NCBI GenBank assembly: GCA_030704615.1
Contig: CM060734.1
Location: 2,294,001-2,358,000, forward strand
Origin: Takakia lepidozioides
Taxonomy: Eukaryota > Plantae > Bryophyta
Length of the DNA: 64,000 nt
Direction: 5' to 3'
Notes under the pieces: model-generated
The model's database searches: none
Seen by the model: only the letters and a program-made list of their open reading frames with translations
What the model was told of the DNA's origin: nothing
Shown: positions 10,700 through 22,100 of the stretch, one piece after another
Position numbering within the stretch: position 1 is the stretch's first letter
Layout: every line of letters starts with the position of its first letter
Program-made: the position numbers and the translations under genes

Positions 10700-12335
10700 T
10701 TTATCCGAATTGCGGCACCGAAATACCGTTCCGTTCACCGGATGCTGTTCCCGGAGCAGCCGACATTGAATGAAATATCCGCACATCACGAAACCCAACC
10801 GCCATGAAAATCCCCTGCCTATGACATTCAACAGTCAGGTCGTAACGTTTCATCAGCGGACGGATGAATTTCGGCGCCGCAATTCATCGCTTCCCCAGTC
10901 CTCATCCATCATGAGCAAACCTGTCAATCAGATATCGGAGCCGGAATTAATTCCGGGACAGTGGAGACGGCTGCACCTGGGCACATTTCATCCATATTTC
11001 GGCGCCAAAATTCATTACGAATATCTCCGTCCGCGCGTAGACGAGGTGAAATCATCCATATTTCGGCGCCGAAATTCATCCAGCGCGAAGACTAAATCGG
11101 CACCATGCTACGCTTTGCCGCCATCATTGCCCCTCACGGATGCTGTCCATGCCTGTTGGACTTGCCATGTCTGGACATTTAACTATAATTTCGGCGCCGA
11201 AATTATACTTTATGTGCGGCAACGTCCCGTGCGAAAAAAGACCACTTAATGGATACTATCAGTTTCAAATGAAAACAACGGCTAAAATGCAATTAATTTT
11301 TCCCCAACATGAAAAAATATCCCCTTTCGACATTGGATAACGGCCTTTTGTAAGACAGAAGGGGTTGAATGTGCCGATTTCTCCATTAAATGCAGAATAT
11401 TCGTGTTATTTTCGTCGGAATGGATTATCTCCAACGAATTTCGGAGCATTGCATCATCCAGAAACAAGAAGTAAGTGTCGGATTCGGACGAATTTCGGCG
11501 CCGAAATTCATCCGTCGCATAGAAAATGTAATATTTCAGTTACTCATTGCGGACAGTAAGGATGAATTTCGGCGCCGAAATTCATCTATTTCAAAGAGAA
11601 ATAAATATTGGAGGGAGGGCATTGAATGAATTTCGGCGCCAAAATCCAGCGCTCAAACCCTTAAAAGAATTTGGAGGGATGACTTCGGATGAATTTCGGC
11701 GCCAAAATTCATTGCTCGCGAAGAAAAAAGAAAATTAGAAGGGAGGACTTGGATGAATTTCGGCGCCGAAATACATTGCTCGCGAAGAAAAAAGAAAATT
11801 AGAAGGGAGGTCTTGGATGAAATTCGGCGCCGAAATTCATCTGTCGCAAGGAAAAAGAAAAAGAAGGGAGGACTTCGGATGAATTTTGGCGCCGAAATCC
11901 ATCCGCATGACAGCAGAATTAGAGTCGGAAAAGGAGAAGAAGAATGAATTTCGGCTTCGAAATTCATCCATTCTGCCTATTCAAGATTAGTGTCATTCGG
12001 ATGTGGGCACCGAAATCCGGACACGTGGTGAATCACGACTGTAATCACGAACACATTCATCCGTATTTCGGCATCCAAATTCAACCCTTACGTGCAGAAA
12101 CAATTTCATGAAGAAGATGTTCATCCGAATTTCGGCACCGAAATCCATCCGTTGGGTGCTTGCTCAGTTTCATGAGGTGAACAAATTACGATTTTTGTCG
12201 CCGGAATTCATCCTCTGGCTTCCAAATCTGTTATATGACAGAGATGATCATCCAGATTTCGGTGCCGAAATTCATGGGAAGGCCTTATTTATTGTAGCCT
12301 AAGTGGTGGTACATCACAATTCAGGCACCAAATAT
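10700..12335. repeat. Central array of about 20 (GGATGA)ATTTCGGCGCCGAAAT(TCATCC) palindromes between the divergent cargo and transposase genes
   Basis: Core starts include 11566, 11630, 11693, 11757, 11821, 11883 and 11948 (spacing 62-65 bp). The consensus extends to the 28-bp palindrome GGATGAATTTCGGCGCCGAAATTCATCC. Confidence 0.95.
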
Positions 12336-12447
12336 CCGATGTGAACTTGCTGTTGTCGTCCGTTTTTGTAACGTACGTTACACACCTTCATCCATACGTG
12401 CACTGATCACCCATCCTGTTGGATACAGAATCCTCCAGAAAATCATT

Positions 12448-15400
12448 GTGGTATTAGGTAGGACACACTCTTCTCATTGCAGGACTTCGCTGCGGAGCGC
12501 ACCGAGAGGTCCCGTCTTCAACATGGACTCCTGTGTTTGGGTAAACGTGTACTTCCATCCTGATTCTCTGAAAGCTAAAATACCCTGCGACCAAGGATTT
12601 GCGATTGTCACTGAGCAGTACTTGTGTGTGAAGTTCGGGCTCCGCCCTGGAACGGTGTTTTTGGAAGAGGAGACGAAGGATGCTTATGGAAATTTTCTGG
12701 AAAGTGCCGTCATTCTTCATGCAGATTTCGGAAAAGGCAAAGAGTGGCGGCTCCCAGCTTCTGAATCCATCCGGTACAGTGTAATTGGTGAAATCGTGCC
12801 TAAAGAGTTCCCACGCTGGAACTTGGTTGATCCTCCTTCCACAAGAGGGTCTGGCGTGCAAGATGTGAAGTCTGCCATGAAGGATGTGGGCACCTCTTCA
12901 CAAGCAGAGAAGCCCAAACATGTGAAAAGGGAAATCCAGGAAGACAGGGCAACAGTCGTCCACGACTTATCCAGTGACGATGAAGACTGTATGGTCCTTC
13001 CATCGTATGTTTCGAAGTCGTCCGTCACTAGGAGTGTTCAGAAGTCGGCAAACAATGAGCACACACCCTCCGACTCAACTTCCGTCCGCTCAGTAATTGA
13101 CATATTGCGGAGGATGAAGACAACGGGTTCCCGCTCCAGTGACCTTCTTAGGCTTCATTACGACAAAACTCCAATCCATTCTGTGGAAACTTTGCCTGAT
13201 GTTGTGGATGGGAATGCTATCTACGAGTTCCCTCTAGTGCCGGCAAGCGCAGGCCCAGACAGCATGCTGGCAGGAATGAACAGGAAACATGACGGCCACC
13301 CTTGGTGTGTCACCAAAACTTCATCGTCCAACCTGGGTGATGGAGTTTGAGTGAGATATGTATTGTGTGCTGGGCATCTTAAATGTTTCTCGAGCACATG
13401 TTACCATTACACGAGCAAAGACACCCGGAATGAGACTGACTGGATTGGCAATTCGTCGACCCCATTTTGGCCTCAAGGTAGAGTTCCTGCAGGGACGTTC
13501 AAGTGTGCCCATTGCAACGCAGCCCCTACGTGCATGGCAGTGTGCAACGCCAAGCAGTACTACGTTGGGACCGTTGGCCCAGCGTGCACCAGAGCATGCA
13601 TTCACATCGGAAAGCATGACCACCCCGTCGGCAGAGGCAATTGCAGAGTCGCTTTTCAACAAGCCCACGATATTATCAAGGAGGAGGTGAGGTTCAGGCC
13701 GGGAGCAAAACCAAAGCAGATACAACTCGCATCCGCACATAGAATTGCAATTGGCAGAATAATGTCGGAGGACGGAAGCACAAGACAGAAGCTGGGCGAG
13801 GGGGACATGAAGGAGCTGCTGGAAGCTGTCTCCTATGTGTGCAGCCCCAATGTCAGGAACCACATTGTCGGCTGCAAGAAACGAATCGGAAGAGGATCAG
13901 ACATGCACTCCATCTTGGAAGTGAAGCGCACATGCGGCTACGACTTCATCCAAGGCAACTTCTTTCCTGGTCAAGGCTCAGAGACGGACATGTGCTTCAT
14001 ATTTAAGATGTCAATGTGCGGACCGGGGAGCGGCGTCGATTTGGTGAAGCGGATGACCAGTGGAGACCTCTCAAATTGTTGGGTCATGTTCGACCACATC
14101 CGGCGAATTACCAACCACGATTGGGTGACAATGGGGGAACATGTATACGACCCACATTGCAGAAAGTTGATGACCATTGCTATCTGCAAAATGAAAGGAG
14201 AAGACACAGATTCGGAGTTGCATATGTGGCGCGGAAGTAATGAGCAAATGGCGAGAGCGAAGTTGCCCCCTCCCGATTTTAGGGGCTTCATGACTGACAA
14301 TGCCCAGGCGAACTGGGCTGCAGTTAGGAGGGTATATGGGGACGACCCAAAGACTCCAATGGAAGGTAAGGAGAGATCTTGCGGGTTCCACTTTATGTAG
14401 AGTTTGACGCAAAACACGAAAAGGTTCGTGGCGTCACGCCACCGGCAGGATCATATCAGTATGTGCCTTGCGTGGAAAAATGCGAATTCCATCGACGAGG
14501 CGGAGACCGAGTTTGCAACCATACGCGCCTGGTGGGTGTCTTTAGGAGCAGTGGATGTGAAAGATCAACCAGAACTGCAAACGTGGCTTGCGTGGTGGCA
14601 CTATAGATTCCGCCAGTTTGGAGACTACATGAGACAGGTAACACATTTCTGTACTTGACAATTGTTCTATTTTGTGCTTGGACATTCTCCACAATGAGTG
14701 ACATTTCTAATTTCCTTCAACAGGACATGAGCTTGGAGGATGATACGGATATGCCGACGACGAACATGGCCGAATCGGTGCACTCTTCCTGGCGTGCTTC
14801 CTCTGCGGCACATCTCGTTGACATGTTGACAGCAACAACAGAAGATATTGTGAGGGCCATCATGCAACAATCTCGTTATTACCAATTTCTGGGAGGAAAA
14901 CAATGGGGTATTGGACCAGACAGGCAGGAGATGCTGATGAGGGCGGCGCATCGTTCGACCGATCCCAAAAAATGGACTGCTACATTGCGGGAAACAAAAA
15001 GGTCAACGCCGTTACACAATCGGGGGAACTGCCTGGAGGGCGATGTCCGCAGCCAGCCGGTGAAGAGAAGAATTGAGGACATGCCCGGAGGCGACGGGGA
15101 TTCATGGAGATCAGATATGAACATCCGCACTCAACCTCGGGGCGCAACGATGTTGCGTCCCACGCCTCCTCCCAGCAGGACTCGTACCCCCTCTCCTGTA
15201 GCATCCATGGAATCGCTGCCAGACTCGGGACACCATGCCGAGGATGAGCATGTTGCTCCTATTTTCGTTACCCAATACAACATTCCAATCGTGGAGCGAG
15301 ATGTGTCGGCCTCGCAGTGGAGAATTGCACGGACCCGTCCGACATTTCGTGGCAAATGTTGTGCTGTTCGTGTCGACACCAACCAAAGATGCAATGAGAT

Positions 15401-16151
15401 GATTCGGAGGAGCCCGCAGGGCGGTGTGCCTGCCCCTTGCTTCACAAGGAGATTTGTGTGCGCAAAGTTTGTGGAGGCCACACTGAAGGAGTTTTGGTTC
15501 TGCAGGCACGACATCATGTCGTGTGTGTTCGGCAAGCCCAAGTATGGTGTACAAGGCATGCCTGAACCACCGGCAGTCTAGCCTGTGGCAACTGGTACAG
15601 ATCTTACCCTAGAGGAGGCAGACGCTCTAGGAAGTGCAGGGTTTTGACTGGTGGAGAGGATAGACGTTCCACGAAATCCAATTCCCAGTCATCATCCTCC
15701 TCCCACGAGAAGCTCTTCGCTCCGCATACCGGTTGGTGACCCCGCAGCTTGGCCCACCCATCGGTGGGGGAAACTGAAAAGACGGCGGCCACCAACAAAG
15801 GCGAATGGCACCAGGATGGCCAACGCTCTTGCAATGCCCTGCATAGTGCAAGGTTGCAGGGATGTTCCTCACCCCGGGATGGGGCGCATATTTCAGTTGT
15901 CAATAGCCGGGTCTGCTGCGCGCAGTGTCGCGTATGCAATCACGGTTTCTCAGTACCCAGCTTGCAACTGTGAGGACTTCCTTGTTATGGAATCAAAGAA
16001 TGCAGCATATGTCCCCTGCAAACACCTTTATTACATTTTTCTGAAGCGCATGAGTTGCATATCCGCAGTGGACGTCTTCATCCATGCTCCAACACTGAGT
16101 TTCAATGAGCTGCACAAGGCCCTACGGCAGGATACAGATCGGACTGCTTGA
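12448..16151 (+). pseudogene. MULE-type DDE transposase with N-terminal Cys/His (GCM/WRKY-like) zinc domain and C-terminal SWIM finger
   Basis: HDGHPW..C.GHL.C...C zinc motifs; VMFDH, FMTD, CGFH (CxxH), MAESVH (catalytic E); SWIM CNCEDF..CKHLYYI; intron about 14637-14723; premature stops at 13348, 14398 and 15579. Confidence 0.88.
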
Positions 16152-16835
16152 CATTCCACATTCGGGAAGGAGAAAGTGGCAATTATATTACATTCATCTT
16201 CTTGCACCCTATTTTTTTGTGAGGAATTATACACTTGGTGGTGCCGCACCGCCATGGCTCCAGGTGCATTTCGGTGCCGCAATACATGAGAATGTGGTTT
16301 TTGGCCGTGAATGGCATGTGCATGCTTTTTTTATTTTTGTTGTCTATAAATGGATCCGAGTAAAGCATACATTGTGTGGAGATACACGGGCATTGAGGCC
16401 TATTTCAGCGCCGTTATTGGTCTGTATACTGCATAGTGCTTCCTTGTTACTGCTCTTCATTCAATTTTGTGGTGATTTCGCAGCCCATCCTGGCGTTTTC
16501 GTCCACCTTTATGAGAAGACTCCAATTTGCTACCAATACATTGTCAGTGTTCTGCAAATGTGATGCATTTACAAGATTGCTAGTTCTGTGTCCCAGTGAG
16601 AAGGGTCCTACTGCACATTCCAACATTTGCATACTGCACCTTATGCAAACAGCAATCCATACGACAAAGGACACGTCCCAGCATACTGGCAGTGAATTGC
16701 AAAAAACCTTAACAGAAGATTATCCAAGCATGTATATTCCCCATATGGCACAGGGAAGCTACTTGATTTCCGAATCAAAATGTATGTGCCATGAGTGTCG
16801 GCGAGTCGAAACATGTCTACTCTAGCATGCAAGAC

Positions 16836-17243
16836 CTATGGTCCCCTCGCCCAAGAGAGGACCTCCTGAGTGACCGGGTGCCGATATTTGAACAAAATAT
16901 CAGCGGTTTCTGTCGCCCGGTTGAAACTAACGAGGATGTCTTGTTTATCGATAGCGCCCCCTTGGTAGAAGGACATTTTCACAGTGGGCCCTGTGTTCCC
17001 CTCATCCTCATCCTCATAACTGAAGAGAATGTCCCCACTTTCCGAGCTAGTCTGTCCACACGTGAAGTTTTCACCTATGCATTCATCATACGTCCACTCG
17101 CAACAATTCCAGCGATACAGCAACGATGTGCGTGATCTGTTCGGCTCCCACTCAAGCGAAAAGTCCAGGTCCATGATGCGTAGGAACCACCTGCTCCCCA
17201 GCCGGGGTCCAGGAGAATCGTGCAATCCTGGAAGAAACTCCAT
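16836..17243 (-). CDS. Small cargo ORF of unknown function (ORF-b); probable paralog of ORF-a
   Basis: 135-codon ORF. RWFLRIMD, WNCCEW, SGDILF and ADILFKYRHP..W align by eye to ORF-a blocks. Confidence 0.5.
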   Translation of the reverse strand: MEFLPGLHDSPGPRLGSRWFLRIMDLDFSLEWEPNRSRTSLLYRWNCCEWTYDECIGENFTCGQTSSESGDILFSYEDEDEGNTGPTVKMSFYQGGAIDKQDILVSFNRATETADILFKYRHPVTQEVLSWARGP

Positions 17244-17589
17244 TGCTCTCAGCTGGACAAGACGAGGATCGTCCCTGTAAACATCTAGGAAGACAATGAT
17301 GTCGTCTGCTTTCGGGACAATGACTCCCGTCTAGCGTCGATAGATGTGATTCGGGCACGACATGGCCTCACGACACAGCAAGAACTCAGAGCAAGGAGGA
17401 GATGGGCACAACAGAGAAGAGTGAAGAGCAAAATGAGAGCGAGGCCGGCGGAAGAGGGATATATCATTGCTGCACTGCCAATGTCGTATGCGGCAAAACT
17501 TCTATTTCCTCCGACATGTGTGCTTTTATTAGACAAATCCGCACCAGTTTCAGGAGAGTTTGCAAAACTCCCTCACCGTAAGGCGGGTA

Positions 17590-18010
17590 TTTGCTCTCCG
17601 GAGCCCAATTTCGGCGCCGTTATTGGATGGAGTGCGGAAGCTTCAACGTAGAATTTTGTTTCCGGAGCCCAATTTCGGCGCTGTTATCGGCTGCACTCCG
17701 GTGGCTTTAGCCGCGTATTTGGTTTCCGGGGCCAATTTTGGCGCCGTTATTGGCTGCACTCCGGAGGCTTCAGCCGGGTATTTGGTTGGCGGAGCCCAAT
17801 TTTGGCACCGTTATTGGCTTCACTCCCGAGCCTTAGCCGGCTATTTCTTTTCCTGTGCCCAATTACGGCGCCGTTATACCCAACCTTCCTGCACTTTTGC
17901 AACTGTATTATCCACGGTTATATGTCGCCATTGCGTTTTTGGAGTCTACAAACCCGGATCCTAATTCCGCTTGCGTCTCTGCCTCTGTGATAATTTCGGT
18001 GCCGTTATTG
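17590..18010. repeat. Right subterminal array of about 63.5-bp units containing AATTTCGGCGCCGTTAT
   Basis: Core starts at 17608, 17672, 17735, 17799 and 17862, plus one near 17993. Confidence 0.9.
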
Positions 18011-18356
18011 CCCAGAATTCAGTTTTTCTATGACCTGGCCTGGCGGTCCATGAGCCTGGGCTCCAAGTCATGAGCGGACACTGGTACTTATGAGCGGAGT
18101 GCTTCCAGCATGAGCGCGGAAATCTTCGAAAACCTTCTCTTGTTATACTACTTTCGATTATTTTATAGTTTTGGGCCCGAAAAAAATCTGCCGAAATTCG
18201 AAGTGTGTTACTTTGCGGCTCATGGGTGAGCCATGCCCGCTCATGGCTCATGAGCTCATGGAATAGCAACCCCTTCTAGGATTTCCATTTCTCCCTCTCT
18301 TTCCTCATAGAAATGTGGTGGGTAACTACTTGTTTCACCCTCAATTGGTGTTGCTG

Positions 18357-19082
18357 TGTCGCGGCCCTTTGCCTTGAGGGCAGGGGGTCAGGACACATGA
18401 GGGGCTGCCCCTGTAGTGGGGGCATCGGCAGCGATAGGTATGGGGGGCTGAAGCACCCTTGAGTGCCCAAGGCACTCAAGGAGGCGGAGGCGCTCACTAG
18501 GTGGAGCCCCGCACACCGGGTTGCGGTGGGGGTGGCTCCACAAGGGGTGGTGGTAGCTTAGCGGGACTTAGTGGGGGTGGCATAGGACTCACCATGGGGG
18601 CGGAGACCTCGTGGTGGGAGTCGTGGGGAGTCTTGGGACTCATCACGGTCCATGGGGGCCGTGATGAGTGGGCCAAGACTCACCGCGACTCATCACCGGG
18701 AGTCGAGGGTTTTCGTGGCGGTTCGCCATAAAATGGCATGGCTGGTTATGAAACCCCCGCGGACAGCTACAGAAGTATATATAGGGAGTAGTAACCCCGA
18801 GAACGGTGCAAGCCCGTTGGTGACCAAAAACTAGTGAGTAAGCGAACGAGCCGGAAAGCGACCAAAGAGAGGGGAGCTGTTCCGGACTTCCATCTACCAA
18901 AGGGAATTCTCCTAGTCCCAAATAGGTGGAGGGTTTAGAGGGAAGCGAAGGGGGACCGTTATGTCCCGGTGAGCAGCCGAAGGTCCAAGTTGGCCCGGGC
19001 GGCCAGGTTGGGAGTCAGGCGCGCGCATCAAAGCGAGTAACTATGACTTGAAGGGGAGCTTACCGAAGTGAGGTGGGCGACA
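18357..19082 (+). repeat. 5' LTR (726 bp)
   Basis: Near-identical to 24594-25318; I count about 9 differences by eye. Confidence 0.96.
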
Positions 19083-19084
19083 CT

Positions 19085-19096
19085 TGGTATCAGAGC
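19085..19096 (+). promoter_or_regulatory. Primer binding site, tRNA-iMet
   Basis: TGGTATCAGAGC 2 bp after the LTR end. Confidence 0.95.
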
Positions 19097-19137
19097 TTAG
19101 AGTTCAGTACGCGATCGTCCTTGGGATTGGCCTCATC

Positions 19138-22100
19138 ATGGGGTCGGGCAAGTCAAAGCGAAAGCGGAAGGGCCCAAAAGATGATGATCCTGGTGAGCCC
19201 GATGGGGGCGACGTGTCACCGAGGCGGCCGTCTGAGGAAGCGATGAATGTTTCCGAAAATGAGGCCGCTCAAGAGCGGGAGGAATCCGAGGAGTCGGAGC
19301 CCGAGGAATCCTTGAGAGCTCCGACAAACCAAGAGATGCCTCCCATGCCAGTAGCCTTTTGGGAAGGGTTGTTGGCGCAGTTTGGCGGGACGTTGAAAGA
19401 CGTGTTGAAGGCGGCTAATGCCACTTCCACTAAGGCAAAGTTTAAGGTGAAGCCTAAGGAACCCGGCACCTTCGAGGGCGTTCGAAATCGGAAGGCACTC
19501 AACACCTGGCTCCTGGAGCTAGAGCAGTACTTCCGGGCGGCCAAGTTGAGTGACGAGGATCGGGTGGAAGTGGCTCCCACCTATTTGAGGGGCTATGCTC
19601 AACAATGGTGGTAGAAACGCCTTCACGACCGAGGCCCAAGCCCGGAAACCTTAAACTGGAGTGGGTTCAACGAATTGATGAAGAGACAGTTTGTGCCCCT
19701 CAATGCGTCCTGGCTTGCCCGGGACAAGATGAGGAATTTGAAGCAAACAGATGACATTCGGGGGTATGTCCAGGCTTTCAATGTGCTGTTGCTCGAAGTC
19801 GCGGACATGGCAGAACCAGAAATGGTCTTCAACTTTGTGGCGGGACTGGCCCCATGGGCCAAGCGGAAGTTGGAGGAGAAGTCACCCAAGACTTTGAATG
19901 AGGCAATTGAGAGGGCTGAATGTTTCTCGGATGTCCCTAGGGGTGAGAGACAAGGCCGTACGGAGCTGAACCACAAGAAGACCCGGCGGGAAGGTGACTC
20001 CTTCCGACCGGAAAAGAAGTGGGATAGGCCACGCGGCAACAATGGCACGTGGAAATCGAAGGGAGGGCATTCACACGTCAAGGCGGCACCCGGTGCTTCG
20101 AAAGGAAAAGCGGGTGGAGCGGCTTATGGCGGACAGAAGGCGACCTTTGATGGAGTGTGTTTCAATTGCGGAGAGCCCGGGCACATGGCCAAGAAGTGCA
20201 CGAAACCTCGACAATTGAACATGACTCGGGCAACCACGGAGCTGTCGGAAGATACCATCAGTCGCTTGGTGGAAGCGGTGGTCGCCAGGACTTGCAAGGT
20301 AGGCAACTATTCTTGTGAGTTGTATCAGGAAACTGGCGCCCTGCGTAAAGAGAGTCAGTTATTGTTCGTGGATGGGATAATATCCGGAACTAACGTGTCG
20401 CTGTTGGTGGACACAGGAGCGTCGCACTCCTTCATGACGCCGGCGGCGGCGCGAAAGTTGGGACTCCCGACAAGTGACGTGGGGGTCTCTATTGAGGTGC
20501 GTTCTGCCAAAGGAGAACCACAGTTGGCGACAAGGTTGGCGTTTGATGTTCCTCTTCAACTGGGGAGTTGGGAGGGACGTGAGAACTTCACCATCTGCGA
20601 GATCGATGGAGTGGATCTCATTTTGGGGATGACCTTTTTGAGCAAATCCGGAGCGGTCATAGATGGCCGCAAGAGAGTAGTCACGCTGCCATGTGGGAAT
20701 GGTGGCGAGGTCTTACGAGTGTCGGAAACGCCCAAATCCGTGGGAGGGCGAATAAACCTTCTTTCAGCAAGGGAGTGGGCCGTGGAGGAGGCACACGAGC
20801 CCCAATTTTTGCTTTACATTAGAGAAGTGAAGGGAGAAGGCGATGGGGAGCCGAGCCCAGATTGGATCAAGGGGATTTTGGAGAAATACCAAGATGTGAT
20901 GCCGGAGGATTTACCAAGCGGTTTGCCACCGCGAAGAGGAGTTGACCACAAGATTGAGGTGATACCGGGATCGGAACCGCCTGCCAAGGCACCCTACCGG
21001 TTGAGCCACAGGGAGTTGGTCGAGCTGAAGACTCAGCTCAAGGATCTAATGTCAAAGGGGTACATCCAGCCGAGTAAGTCACCTTACGGAGCCCCGGTGC
21101 TATTCGCAAACAAGAAGGATGGGACGCTGCGGATGTGTGTCGATTATAGGGCTTTGAATAAGGTGACTATTAAAAACCGGTACCCTTTGCCAAGGATCGA
21201 CGACCTTTTGACCGGTTGGCAGGAGCGAAGTATTTCAGCCGGATCGACTTGCGCTCCGGCTATCATCAAATTCGGGTGGCGGAAGGAGATGAGGAGAAGA
21301 CCGCATGCAGGACAAGGTATGGTTCATATGAGTTCTTGGTGATGCCTTTTGGGCTCACCAATGCACCTGCGACCTTTAGCATGCTGATGAACAGCCTTTT
21401 TCAGGAGTGGTTGGATGACTTTGTGATCCTGTACATCGACGACATCTTGGTGTACTCGAAAACAAAGGAGGAGCACCTGGAGTACCTCAAAAGGGTGTTC
21501 CAAAAGTTGCGGGAAGGGAAGCTGTACGCCAAAGCTTCAAAGTGCGAATTCGGTGTCACGAAAGTGGAGTTCTTGGGGCATGTGATTACACAGGATGGGA
21601 TCAAAATGGATGACAGAAAGGTGAGGGCGATCTTGGACTGGGAGCCTCCGACTTCGGTCCGGGAGTGCGATCCTTCCTAGGACTCGCCTCCTATTACCGG
21701 AAGTATGTGAGAAATTTCGCCAAGATCGCGGGGCCGCTGTCGGACCTTCTGTGTAAATCCAAAGTCTGGGTATGGAACACATTTTGTGGCCAAGCTTTTG
21801 CTGAATTGAAGCAGCGGATGGCGGAAGCTCCAGTCTTGAAAATCCCGGAGTTCGATCGTCCATTTGAGATTCATACAGATGCGTCGGACTTTGCGATTGG
21901 GGGTGTACTTATGCAAGATGGACGTCCAGTGGCTTACGAAAGTAAGAAACTGAATGAAGTGGAGCGACGGTGGCCTACGCACGAAAAAGAGATGAAGGCG
22001 GTGGTGCACTGCCTTGAGCTTTGGCGCCACTATGTTGGTTCCAACCCAGTGAAGGTGTTCACGGACAATGTCACGGTGAAGTATTTTGCCACGCAGCCCA

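Larger units (their letters stand above)
3724..18273 (+). mobile_element. Complete Mutator-like DNA transposon (MULE-1, 14,550 bp) carrying a ParB-methyltransferase-like cargo gene
   Basis: TSD TTCTAGGATT at 3714-3723 and 18274-18283. Imperfect TIRs GAGGTTTACTATTTCATGAGC and (rc) GGGGTTGCTATTCCATGAGC. CATGAGC subterminal repeats at both ends. Internal DDE/SWIM transposase. The empty site restores the host pol frame. Confidence 0.93.

Noticed and set aside
11480-11975. CRISPR array (about 28-bp palindromic repeats with about 36-bp spacers)
   Set aside because: Adjacent spacers are near-duplicates of each other (gctcgcgaagaaaaaagaaaattagaagggagg twice), the repeats are degenerate and also scattered in introns, no cas-like ORF is present, and the context is a eukaryotic transposon.
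12448-16151. KDZ/Zisupton or CACTA transposase
   Set aside because: The D..D-CxxH..E layout with C-terminal SWIM, G-starting TIRs and a 10-bp TSD fit Mutator-like elements better.
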